From the human T2T-CHM13v2.0 reference genome, Homo sapiens, in assembly GCF_009914755.1 (NCBI RefSeq), contig NC_060928.1: a stretch of DNA of 64,000 bases; one strand, written 5' to 3'. Positions 1 through 14,803 of this stretch are shown piece by piece; position 1 is the stretch's first letter, and each line of letters opens with the position of its first letter. The position numbers and the translations under genes are program-made. A model generated the notes under the pieces. The model searched no databases, was not told where the DNA came from, and worked only from the letters and a program-made list of their open reading frames with translations.

Positions 1-1856
1 TCTTTATATAGTAAAATAACTTCATTGCAGTACAGAATCATTTCTTTGTCCCAAGGACGGATTTTTCTATGAAACACCTAGTCACAAGAGGTTAATATCT
101 GTGTTTCTCTGTTGATGGTCAGAGCCCTGTGAAAGAGGCAAATAGGGAATGCAATGCAGGACAGGCAGTAGTCTTGATAAAAATGAATAAATAAAAGCAC
201 ACACAAAACAATTCCTTTTTCCAGCCTTTACATTTGCTAAATTGTCAGCTGTATTCTCCATATACTAGTCTTTAACTCATTAATCTTCAAACACATTAAT
301 TACCACTGCTTTGGCTGACTCCTTGGGATATTTACACACTGTAAACAGTTCTGGTATTCTTGGCAAATCCACACTGTCAAGGACCCCTTGGGGTCAAGTG
401 CATTGCTTTTCCTTACCAAAGAATTTATTCTTTTGAAAAACATGAACATGACCATTTCCCTTATGTTATTTTCTTGTGTATGACAAAAATAAAGATACAT
501 ACCTCTTGGGGAAAATTAATTGAAGTATCTTCCGTCCATTCAGCATTCTATGATAGGCAAGATATGGGCCTCTTTTTTATACCAACAAGAGAGACTTATT
601 ATCTCTCAGGAAGAAAAACCCTTTGGATTTAGTTATTCCTCTAATTAATATTGCATCTGCAAGGCACATGTCTACATTTTGCCACCATTGCAAGCACTTC
701 AGTCCTCAACATATCGAAAACAACTCTACCACCTCTGGCTATATTGAGGAGGTTTCTTCCATGTCAAGGCATCTAAAGCTCATCTTGTATACTTATGGGC
801 AAGCAGCCTGAAAGTAGAAGTGCAGGGGATGATAACATGGTCCATATTTGTTAACAGAAACCTCCTTCTGGTGAATGAGAGAAGCCTGATCCCATGGAAG
901 TATGGTTTCAATTTTTCATTGAAATTACAATCAAACAAATTGCCAGCACACATTTTTCTCTGTCAGATGTTTCCCTTATGACAGATTTGGAGTACCTTGG
1001 GCCAGCTTATAAACCTTGTCCTCTGCCAGTGTTGCTACAGACTCTTCTCTTTGTTTTCAAATAAATTTCACTTTTTTCTCCAACTGGTGGATACATTGGA
1101 TACACAGTAGTACCTGACAGGAAAATGTCTCTTCAACATGCACTTTTTGCAGGACTCTGATGGAAAGGATGACACATTACTGGCTCTTCTTTAGCTCTCT
1201 GTGGGGAACTCAGTATGACAAAAATCACAAAAACCAACAGCCTGTAATTTCCTGATTTTCTCGCACATATTAAAATTGTATTTATCAAGGTTGACTCTTG
1301 GCTGCCAGTTGAACTAGCTCTCCTGGAAGGAATGGCTTTTAGAGCGTTGCTTTGGGACCAAGGGATCCTAAGAACACTGTTGGACAAAGTAGTCTTGGGA
1401 ATGATTGCACTGTTTTCAGACTCATGAAACCACAAGCTTCTCAGGAGAACTGAGCCCAAGTTGAAAATCATTCACCTCCTTTTCTTTCAGCAAGCACTGT
1501 CCGAGGGAACAAGCAAAGGATAATAGAGACCAGTTGTTTTGATCTCTGGTCCCACTACTATATCCCTAATGGGTGAGAATCTACATCAAACAAACTATAA
1601 TGACCCTGGGAATTGACCATATTTTTGTTTTCAGCCCATCTCCAAGCAAAGGTGTGATGGAATTGATTTGGTGTAAAGCTTTGGCCATGTGAATGTGTTG
1701 GCAACTGCCAAATGTTACCATCTGGACCAAATCGTTTCTTTCTGTATCTTTGCAGGTGTTATTTTCCAAGGTGACTGCTTCTACTTTCATTAGAGAGGAG
1801 TTGGGTTCTAAAAACAGAAATAGTTTAACGACCATTAAATTTTTATTTTACTACAG

Positions 1857-1929
1857 GAGAATCGTTCTATTTAAGTACTTAATACTGCATAAAAAAGACC
1901 CATAAGAAGAGAAAGAAGTGAGATACAAG
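1857..1929 (+). other. Candidate non-coding exon (73 nt)
   Basis: Acceptor tttttattttactacAG at 1855-56, donor AAG|gtaata at 1929/1930; stops in all three frames. Splice signals only. Confidence 0.2.
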
Positions 1930-2149
1930 GTAATATGCTTTTGTGAAGGAAACACTAGAAAGGGAGTAACAAGGCCTGGACTCAGTCTGGGCTTTGCTCC
2001 TGCAATAACGTGTGACTGAAGAAAGACATTCTTCAATGTCATATTCCTTCTCCTATATAAATTATGTCTTATCAGCATAATATCGCCATTGAAATTCAGG
2101 CATGGAAGGGACCTTGGGGTATTAGTATCTCTACCTATTTTGGTAGTAT

Positions 2150-2600
2150 TTTGGGAATCAATGAATATTAAAACTATTTTTGTATTTATTTGACCTTGAC
2201 TATTACTATGTACCCACTATGTAGGAAGCATTGGGAGATAGAAAACTACAAAGATAAAAAATATATACCTTTTCCTCTTAAGCCCATCATCTTATATGGA
2301 GATGCTTTCCTTCATGCAGGTATTCAAGAGACATTTATTTACATACTGTGGTAGATGTTGGGAGTACAAAATGAAAAGACAGTTTTTACCAGACATCAAG
2401 GATCTTTTTTATTTATTGGAGAAATAGATGAATAAATAGTTTACAACTGTGATAAATGCTTGGTGAAATATGGTGAGAGTGGTACCAGGGGAGGTTTCTA
2501 AGATGAAAGGGTAATTGGTTTGTTTTATATACAAATAATGCAAGGGGTGAATGAAAGTGTGCTATGTGTGGTCTGAAGCTTAGGAGAGAAGGACACATGC
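2150..2600 (-). mobile_element. Degraded L2 LINE fragment(s)
   Basis: Resembles the L2 3' end in reverse (tttatt...tactatgtacc, ttcatgcaggtattcaa...catttatt); highly diverged. Confidence 0.35.
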
Positions 2601-2802
2601 CACATGGCATTCAGGGAGAAATGTTTCTCAAGGACCTGAAGCACCATATTACATAAGTTATAAATGGAAGAATTTTGTTAGTATTCATTGATTTTTAAGT
2701 TTCTCTTGGATATCCATGGAGAAGAGCTGTCAAAGTCTTGCTCAAAGCCACCCTTCTTAGTCTTATGTCAAGTCTCTAAAATAGTACACAGAAAGAACAT
2801 CA

Positions 2803-3243
2803 CTACCAGTGCCGCCACCACAAAAAGCAACCACAAATGCCATAACTGCCTTTACTATTACCACTACTGTCACACTGCCACTCTCATAACTGCCACCATA
2901 ATAACCACCATGACCACCACTACCACCAATGTTACCACAATCACCAACTATCGCCATTACCATCACCGCCCCAAACAACCACTAATATGTTGCCACCATT
3001 ACCACCACTGTCACCACTCCACCACTACCATCATTTTTACATAACCCTTCCATTACGATTGCCACTACCACCACCATCACCACAGTCATTAGTACTACCA
3101 TATTGCCATTGCAGCCAGCAACAACCACTAACACTGCTGCCACTACTAACCAACATCACTGTCACTACTGTGACCTCAATCACCATTATCATCATCACCA
3201 CTGACACCATTACCAGCGCTACCACCAACAGTCTCATTCTCAT
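2803..3243. repeat. Degenerate (CAC/CAT/ACT)n trinucleotide low-complexity tract
   Basis: ~440 bp of accaccactaccatcacc-type triplets; source of the Thr/His/Pro/Val-rich ORFs. Confidence 0.9.
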
Positions 3244-4027
3244 TCCTGAAATATGTTCCTAAACCTTCTCAAGCATTTTAGTAGTCATATTGGTCCCAGG
3301 TCAGAGTTCTCACATGTGTAAAATGAGTGATATTGGTAGCTATTGTTAATGTCAACTAAAGGGGCACTTTAATAAAAGCCCCTTTCCAAATGTTTAAGGA
3401 GAATTCTCCAGGTTCACAAAGAAAAATTAAATTTTAAATAGTTTCTTCCCCAATGGAACAAACAACAATAACACATACTGATACCTTTATTTAAAATATA
3501 TTGCCACTTGGGTCCTCAATATGTAAAGAGTTATTTGAAATTTCTTCCTGGGAGGAACAGAGAAGTTAAGATGGCATGATACGCAACTATGATGATGATC
3601 TTGTATTACTCCAGTTCTTAGTTTTACCCTATGTAGCTTATTCTTTCTAAAGAGTTTGCAGTTGAGGCTGAAAATACGAATAAGGCTACTTATAAGAATG
3701 TCAGAGTTCTGTGGTTAAAAGTATATCATCTTTTCTGTTAGTTTTTATATATTTGAAAGTTATGAAAGCAGCTAGAGTCAGATAGAAGTGTACCCAGGAC
3801 AGAGTTGATAGTGGAGCCAAAGAATAAAAAAACAAAAATGAACAGGGCTAGTGTTTTCCAAAACTTCTTCATATGGTTGAATCTCAGGCAATTGTGTTTT
3901 AAATTACATTTAGAGCATTTTTTCCAGGAGAAGAATAATAATAGAATTTGTATGCAATATAAAGATCATGATCACAGGCATCTATGGAGGAAAAGCTGTT
4001 GAACGATCAATTCTTTCCAACTTTTAA

Positions 4028-4830
<803 letters not shown>

Positions 4831-5685
4831 GAGAATATCACAGTAGGTAAATATTAGATTCCAAAAGTATATGAAAAAACAGCTGAGGAATGTGAAACAT
4901 AGAGAAAATTCTATTTGTTAGCAGTTCTCCCCCTACTCCTGTGACCTGAAAAAAATTCAATACTTTCTGAAGCATTTGGATCCACTTAGCTAGTGGAATA
5001 CCAGCATTTCATGGGAATATATGTAACTAGAACAACTAGTTAGGAGCCAACATGGCCATATCTGGTTTTGGAACAAAGTTTAACATGGAATTACGCCTAT
5101 GACTACACCAGAGTTTGGACTGAAGGTGTTACAAGAGTTGCAGTAAGGATGGTAGAATGATAGTGTGGTTGTAAGCATATTTTAGAGGATTTGTGCATGT
5201 GTGTTCCCTGTTATGTGCCTTCTACTCTCTTGGGATTCAGATCTGCTATGCACATGCAAAATTAAAGAAAGATATTTATAATGTGTTTTTAGGATGTATT
5301 AGAGGATAATGACAGAGTCCTGGTCTTGTACATGTTTTATTCTTTCTGTAGCTACAGAAGCATTGAAGAAGAGAAAGTACTACTGGTAGAAAACAAATAT
5401 AGAACTTCATGTTAGAGAAGCAGGACCCTAACTAATGAGCTCTGACAGTCTGATTTTTAATAGCGTATTTGTAGATATTTGACACTAAGTAGCTACGCTT
5501 CCACTTATCCTAAAAAGAACTATCACTTCTCTGACAGAATGATAGAGTAGAATTCTTTGTAAAAAATAAATAATTTTATGTACAGTTGTTTTTCAAGATT
5601 ATTTCAAAACACTTCCTTTTCTTAAAAATGAGTAGTAAATATTTTCTTATTTAGTTAAAATCCTGTTTCTCTTTATTTTTTAAAG

Positions 5686-5775
5686 CTGTCGTGTCATGAG
5701 AGAGCCACAATTCTTCAAACATATTTAACTGCTGGAGAGAATGGCTCAGAATCCCAGGTATCAGCTTCAGCACAC
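5686..5775 (+). other. Candidate internal exon (90 nt)
   Basis: Acceptor tgtttctctttattttttaaAG at 5684-85, donor CAC|gtaagt at 5775/5776; unique sequence; frame 0 open (LSCHERATILQTYLTAGENGSESQVSASAH), peptide not recognised. Confidence 0.4.
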
Positions 5776-6439
5776 GTAAGTTCCCTGGAACAAAACTTCA
5801 AATCCCCAAAGTTTTCTTTTCAACTTGCCAAAGGTTGGTCAAGAAATCCACCAAATTTCTCTAGGGCTATTTCTCTCTCTCTCTTTCTCTCTCTCTATCC
5901 CCCTACTCCCCAGGTTTATCATTATCATGTGTTAACATTAAGGTACAAACTGAAGCAGGCTATTTTTGAGGCCAGTATTGGCAATATATCCAGTACACTC
6001 AAGGGCCTGAAAAGTTAATAAACTTTTGCTGTAATACAAGAAGGCAAAGGACAGTAATTTGGGGCTCAAAAGAGAGTTGTTGCTGATTATATTAAAGCTT
6101 TTACTTTGTGCTCTAAAACAAAATGAATGAAATGCAAATTCAAATTGGATAGGCTTTTAAAATACAGTTTGGAAACATGACAGTCACTTTGAATAGCCAG
6201 TTGATTTTTCCTCTTGACATGTAAACTAAAATATTCTGTCAGTTATTTTTAAAAGAGTGGTAATAAAAAAACTAGTGTTGACTATATGGCACTATTTCAG
6301 CCAATTTATGTCAAGATAAAACAAAAATGGCACATAATATATTTATCCCTGTTTCAGCTGTTGACAGTTTATTTCTGTTAGTTATTTTTTTATTAGGAAA
6401 TTTAGTTCCCGGTACATGAGTTTTAGTAAAATTTAATAA

Positions 6440-6620
6440 AATGTAATATTCATCTATTGTGCTAAGCACTGTGCTATATGCTTTATGTGTACTACAGCAC
6501 TTTTCATAATAATATTATTGATATTATCAAATATATTTTATTGATGAAGAAATAGAGGCCCAAATAAGGTGAATAAATTTCCTTGGGGTCAACAGCTAAT
6601 TAGTGGTAGATTTGCAATTT
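6440..6620 (-). mobile_element. MIR
   Basis: gatgaagaaatagaggccc...aaggtgaataaatttccttggggtcaacagctaattagtgg resembles the reversed MIR core. Confidence 0.6.
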
Positions 6621-7714
6621 ATAGATTTGAGATTTGGGGTAGGTTTTAGGTTTATAATCATATTTCTCTGATACCATTGGCCTTGATATATTCATTATGT
6701 TATGTATCAAGCAAAAACTCTGGTACCTTTTCTAAAGTTTAACACAGGAAAAAAGTGTTTTTACACATTTTTAATAGGGAGTTAAATAAAAACTCCAAAT
6801 TGAATCTTTTTTATAATTCCATTTTATTATCAGATTGTGAAATTTAAAAATTCCTCACCTAAGATCTGGCTGGTAAGAGTCTAATAGCATGTCATTTAAA
6901 GAAATAATTCTATAGGGTTAAGAAAAAACGCTAGCCATTAATTCTAACCTGATTCAGAGAAAGAATGTAAGCCCTGAGCCCTGAAGGAATAACTTTTCTG
7001 TTTATAGAATTTGATCATAAGAAATTTTAAACTCATATACAACTTTTGTAGAAAATGAGACAATTTTTTCTCTTCTTTTTTCTAACTAAAATCACACTTT
7101 TTAATTTTTTAAGAACAGGAAATTTGGAAAGTGATTAATTCATAATATGGTCTAATCATTTTACAGAATGTGGAAGGAAAATGTAGGCAAAGGAGAAGGT
7201 ACACCATTACAACTTTTGTCACAGGATGGGGCAGGGAAGGGTGAGAAGAGTCCAGTTTGTTCATCCAGCTGTGTCCAGACATATATTTGCTCTATGAAAT
7301 GCATCTTGAAAAATTAGCCTTGAGATCCTCTAAAACTTACCTTACTTGTCATAGAAGATAGAGTATGTAAGAGCAGTTGTTATATCTAGAGGTAGATGTG
7401 GAAAATCCTTTATGAAGGAAATTCTACTTATTTTTGATACTTTGGTTCTAATTTTCCTCAATTCATATACTTATTCATTAAACAATCATTTTGTGAACTG
7501 GTAATACAAACATGAGCAATAAAGACTCTTCTTCCTGTAAGAGTTCACAGTCCAGTAGGAGATTATTTATTTATCTGTTTATCTATCTATCTCTGTCTGT
7601 CTGTATTTTTATTGAAAAACAAATTTACCATCTCCATAAGTTCAGAGAGTAAAGAAGAAGGATTGTCTACCTAGCTCTTTCTGGAGAAAGGTGGAGGCAA
7701 GGGAAGGTTGCAAA

Positions 7715-8795
<1,081 letters not shown>

Positions 8796-8796
8796 A

Positions 8797-8881
8797 GGGA
8801 TTACCCCGATCTTAAAACAGAAAGTGCTGCACCCCAGGAAATCCCTTAGTCTTAGCCAAACTGAGATGGTTGGTCAGTCTA
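8797..8881. mobile_element. MER81-like hAT-Blackjack fragment
   Basis: gaaagtgctgcaccccaggaaatcccttagtc...ggttggtcagtcta resembles the recalled MER81 end. Confidence 0.55.
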
Positions 8882-8941
8882 GGTGTTGCTGATTTGGTGG
8901 TAGAGAAACAGTGACTATTAGTAGCAAGATAGTGCTTTTTA

Positions 8942-9372
<431 letters not shown>

Positions 9373-9916
9373 TTATGACACAATATCACAACTGGTATAT
9401 TGTTGATATGGATCTAATCCACTGATCTTATTTAAATTTGACCAGTTTTACTTGTATTCATTTGTGTGTGTGTGTGCATTTAATTTTATATAATTTTATC
9501 ACATGTGTAGGTTCATGTATCCCTCACCACTATCAAGATACAGAACCATTCCGCCATTACTAGGATTCCTCCTGTTGGCTGTTGTTTAATAACTCTACCT
9601 GCTTTGCTCTCATCCTTTCCTGACCCCTTTCTTCTCTCACCCCTACCCAATTCTGTCCGTAAACCCTAGCAACCATTAATATACGCTCCTTTTCTAAAAT
9701 TTTATCATTTCAAAATATATATATGCATATATAAATGTATATGCATAAATACATGTATGTGTATTTGAAATTATACAGTATATAATCTTTTGGGTTTATT
9801 TTTTATTGCTCAGCATAAACTCTGAAGATTCATCTAAGTTGTTGCAAGTATCACTAGTTCATTCTTTTCTAGTACTGAGTAATATTACATGGTATCGATG
9901 TACCATAGTTTGTTGA

Positions 9917-10265
<349 letters not shown>

Positions 10266-11710
10266 TCTACTTTTTAGCTATTAAAAATAAAACTGCAATG
10301 AACATTCATGTATAGATTTTCTGTGTGAATATAACTTTTCATTTATCTGCAATAAATGCCCAAGAGTGAAATTTCTGGTTTATATAGTAAGTACACATTT
10401 TATTTCATAAGAAATTGCTTAACCTTTTAAGAGTGACTGCACCATTTTACATTCCCATTCATACATATGAACAATGTATGAGTGAGTGATCCAGTTTCTC
10501 TGCATCCTTGCCAGTGTTTAGTCTTGTCAGTAATTTTTATTTTAGCTATTCTCATAGGTGTGTAGTGGTATTTCATTGTAGTTTTAATTTGGATTTTCCT
10601 AATGGCTAATCATGATGAACATTTTTTCATATACTTATTTATCATCTATATATCCTCCTTGGTGAAATGCCAGTTTATATCTCTTGCCCATTTTCTAGTT
10701 GGATTGTCAATTTTTTTTCTTTTACAATTGAGTGTTCAGAATTCTTTGTATATTCTGGATACTATTCTTTTGTCAGACATGTGGTTTGCAAATATTTTCT
10801 TCCAGTCTGTAGCTTGTATTTTCATCTTATTTTTATGGTCTTTTACAAGACTGACGTTTTTAATTTTGATGAGACCTCATTAACAAGTTTTCCTTTTTGG
10901 ATTGTCCTTTTGGTGTAAAGTCTAAAAACTTCTTGCTTGACCCTGGATCCTGAAGATTTTTTCATGCTTTTTTTTGACAAGTTTTATAGTTTAACTTTTA
11001 AATATAAGAGCATTATATACTTTCAATTAATTTTTTTATAGGTGTGAGGTTTAGGTTAGGTTCATTTTTCTGCCTATCAATTGCTCCAGCACCATTTGTT
11101 GAAAAGACTTTTTTCACCTTTGAATTATTTTTGTACCATTGTAAAAAAAAATTTGTGTGGATCTGGGTTCTCTGTTCTGTTCTGTTGATCTACATGTTTA
11201 TCCAACCGTTAATACTGCACTGTCATTCTTAACTGTAGCTATATGGAAAGCCTCAATGTCAGAGTGTTCCCTCCCACTTTTTTCCTTGTCATGATTGAGA
11301 ACAAGCTTGGCTGTGTGTGCCAAAACCTTGCTGGGACTTTGATAGGAATTACATTAAGCCTATAGATCAATTTGGGGAAGAATTGACATCTTTATTATGT
11401 GAGCCTTCAAATCCATGAATATGGTATATCTCTTCATTTATTTAGTACTTTTTTGATTTTTTACATTAGTGTTTTGTAATTTTCAGCATATAATTTTTAC
11501 AGGTTTGTTCAGTGTATACTTTAGTATTTCATTTAGTATTTCATTTCTTTGGAATGATTGGAAATAGTATTCTGTTTTAAATTTTGATTTTCTTCTTTTC
11601 AATGTTAATTCATTAACAGAAATATACACTTTGTGTGTGTGTGTGTTGATCTTGTATTCAGCAACCTTGCTAAATGAATTTTTTTTTTCTGTAAAGCTTT
11701 TGGGGTTTGC

Positions 11711-12261
11711 TTTTTTTTAAAAAAAATTTATTTTTTAAAAGTTAATATGTGCATTTCAGGAAACTGAAAAACACAAGAGGCAAAGAACAAAGTCCTCTAT
11801 GATAACAAGTGGTTTACAGTTTGACATGTCCTTCTATGTCCTGTGTGTATGTAGACAAAATATCCTATTTTATGGGATTGAGATCATACAGTATGTATCA
11901 TGCTTTTTCACACATCATGAATATTTACCAATTTGAAATCCCAAAGCTATATGAGTATTTCGATAGCCAAAAATACACTACACCAACTCACCAACTACAC
12001 CTATTTTAGAAAAAAATGTAATCCTGCCTTCCCTGGGCCAAAATTTCATGGATGACAAAAATGACAACATGCCTCTAGATAAAAGCGTTGGCAGAGTTCT
12101 GATTTAAATACTGCATTCCCTTAATGCTCAATTTAAAATGAGACATAAACTGTAATCCAAGAACTTTGGGATGCTGAGGCAGGTGGCTTAACTTGAGGCC
12201 AGGAGTTTGAGACCAACCTGGCCAACATGGAGAAACCCTGTTTCGATTAAAAAAAAAAAAA

Positions 12262-12314
<53 letters not shown>

Positions 12315-12750
12315 GAAACATACAGCAACAGAATACATTAAGTATAATGTTTCTAAGAGAATTCATTAGCAGATCTGTACCATTAAAATATTAGCAAGGT
12401 GTGTTGTCATTGAATTACTTAACCTATTCCCATAGCACAGCCAAAAGAATTGCACATACATCAATGGCTATTGTCAAAATGTAAATATATATACATCTGT
12501 ATACATTTCTCCCTTTATACGTCCTTGTGCCCTTCTGCTGCCAACCTAGTGAGCAAGTCTTGCTATACACTGCTCAGAGGTGGTTTAACAATTTCATGTC
12601 CAAGGTGCATCTTTTCTATCAATTATAACAAAAATATATTTATAAATTGCTAATTCACTAGCTCTACTTTTTAACCTACATTGTCACCTCAGGACATTTA
12701 TAAAGCTTAGATGTTGCAAAATAATGAGCTTTGTCCACAATAAACACAGG
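11711..12750 (-). pseudogene. NORAD: Processed retrocopy of lncRNA NORAD, non-inverted 3'-terminal segment
   Basis: Minus strand reads CCTTGGACATGAAATTGTTAAACCACCTCTGAGCAGTGTATAG...TTTAAATTGAGCATTAAGGGAATGCAG...ATGCACATATTAACTTTTAAAAAATAAA, matching my recollection of the NORAD 3' end. AATAAA at 11727-32, A-tract at 11711-18. The symbol names the parent gene, not this locus. Confidence 0.85.
12150..12311 (+). mobile_element. 5'-truncated Alu left monomer (FLAM_C/AluJ-like) with tail turned into (TA)n(TG)n(TA)n, inserted in the retrocopy
   Basis: ctgtaatcc...ggccaggagtttgagacc...A-run; TSD aatgagacata (12137-47) / aatgaaacata (12312-22). Confidence 0.85.
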
Positions 12751-13837
12751 TTTACTCAACACTACTTTGTATACAGTGGACAAACTGAAGTCCTTATTTA
12801 AAACATTTAGTCTTTCCAGATGTTTAGAAGTGCACAAAATTGTTAAAAATAGAGGTAGTGAATAACACACTTTGCAGATATCCTTTTGATTCACATGAAA
12901 TGTTGTCTTTTAAAAATTAATCAAACCACTTCTCTGATCAGTACACATATTTATGCTGGTTCAAGGAGGAAGGAGGAGTAGAAAGTGCAAAGAGTTTTAT
13001 ACCAGTGTGTTTATGGCAAGGCACAAGTGACCATTGGCCCTTATGTCTGCATTTCCTTTTACAGTGCTGTGTATATAGCGTATATAAGCAAACAAACAAG
13101 TCCTAATTTACAACATCTAGTCTTTCTAGATGTTAGAGATGTTGTCAGTGTGTGACAAAAGGAGAGTCAGTAAAGTAATACATGGGAGTACACTTTGTGT
13201 TAAAATTCACAGGGAAGACGGTTATTAAAAACACAGAAGTGTAATTGTTAAAATCCCCTCTAAGTACTACAGATGCTTATACCTGTCCACTGGGTTGATA
13301 AAGTAGAAAGGGGAAGGGTTTTAGGCCATAATGTTTATTTTTAGAAAACACTTTCAAATTATAACCTGTGTTATATGTATGCATCATTTATTCAATGCTA
13401 CTGTGTATAGAGTGGAAAACTTATGTCCTATTTGAAACATCTAGTATTTCTAGGAAGTATGCAGGGAGAAGGGTTCTATGCCCGTCATTTACACTAGTTC
13501 AGTTGGTCTAATCATCACTCTATATGTGGATTTTTGTTAATATTGTTGAGTATTAAAGGATAAACAAGTCCTAATGCTCAAAGTATGTTAAAAGTAGAGT
13601 AGTAAAACAATCCCTTTATGAATGTTCTTTTGTTAATTTTTAGTGAGAACTGTCTTCTGGGAGTGACCTTTGTTAATCCACTTTTTGGAGCTAGGCATAG
13701 TCCTATACTTAGTCACTGGGATGGTGGAAGAGGGACAAGAGGAAGGGTAAAGGGAAGGGCTATTTGCTAGTATCTCTGTATCTAGAAGATAGTTTTAGAT
13801 GGTAGCCATAGGTCTATATGAGCATTTTTAGTAGAGT
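12751..13837 (+). pseudogene. NORAD: Processed retrocopy of NORAD, inverted upstream segment with repeat units
   Basis: Recurring TGTATAnA...GTCCT...AACATCTAGTCTTTCTAGATGTT module (gtcct anchors at 12790, 13100, 13425, 13568); GGATGGTGGAAGAGGGACAAGAGGAAGGG...TTTGCTAGTATCTC matches recalled NORAD sequence. Confidence 0.85.
13070..13077 (+). promoter_or_regulatory. PUMILIO response element (UGUANAUA) retained in the NORAD retrocopy
   Basis: TGTATATA followed by a degenerate second site CGTATATA (13079-86) and a perfect 9-bp hairpin at 13112-13134; relevant only if transcribed. Confidence 0.55.
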
Positions 13838-14266
13838 TCTTGAGATTTTCTATGTAAACAGTTAAGTCATGTGCAAATTGAGACAGTTTTTTCTTTTATT
13901 CATTATCTTGCCTTACCGTGGTGGCTAGAATTTGCAGTATTATGTTGAATAAGAGTGGTGAAACAGAGATCCTTCCTTTGTACCTGACCTTAGGGAAAAA
14001 ACATTCAATCTTTCACCATTAAGTATGACCTAGCATTTTTTAGATTCTCTTTATCAAGTTGAGAGAAAATCCCTCTATTCTTGACTTGGCTGGCAGTTTT
14101 TATGATTAATGGGTGTTGGATTCTATCAAATGCCTTTTCTGCATATAATAACGTTATATAATTATATGATCTTTTGAATTTACCTTGTTGTAACCAGGTT
14201 ACAGTGATTAATTTTTGAATGTTGAACCAGCCTCGCATACCTGGAATAAATCCCGTTTGGTGATAG

Positions 14267-14803
<537 letters not shown>

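Noticed and set aside
2688-3262. Mucin-like or His/Pro/Gly-rich ORFs
   Set aside because: Artefacts of the triplet low-complexity tract; mostly non-ATG starts and no exon structure seen.
12299-12310. TGTATATA PRE matches in microsatellites (also near 27256, 27303 and 51820)
   Set aside because: Incidental products of TG/TA repeats.
11711-13837. The NORAD gene itself
   Set aside because: Truncated, internally inverted, diverged, lacks a CpG-rich promoter and sits inside an L1.
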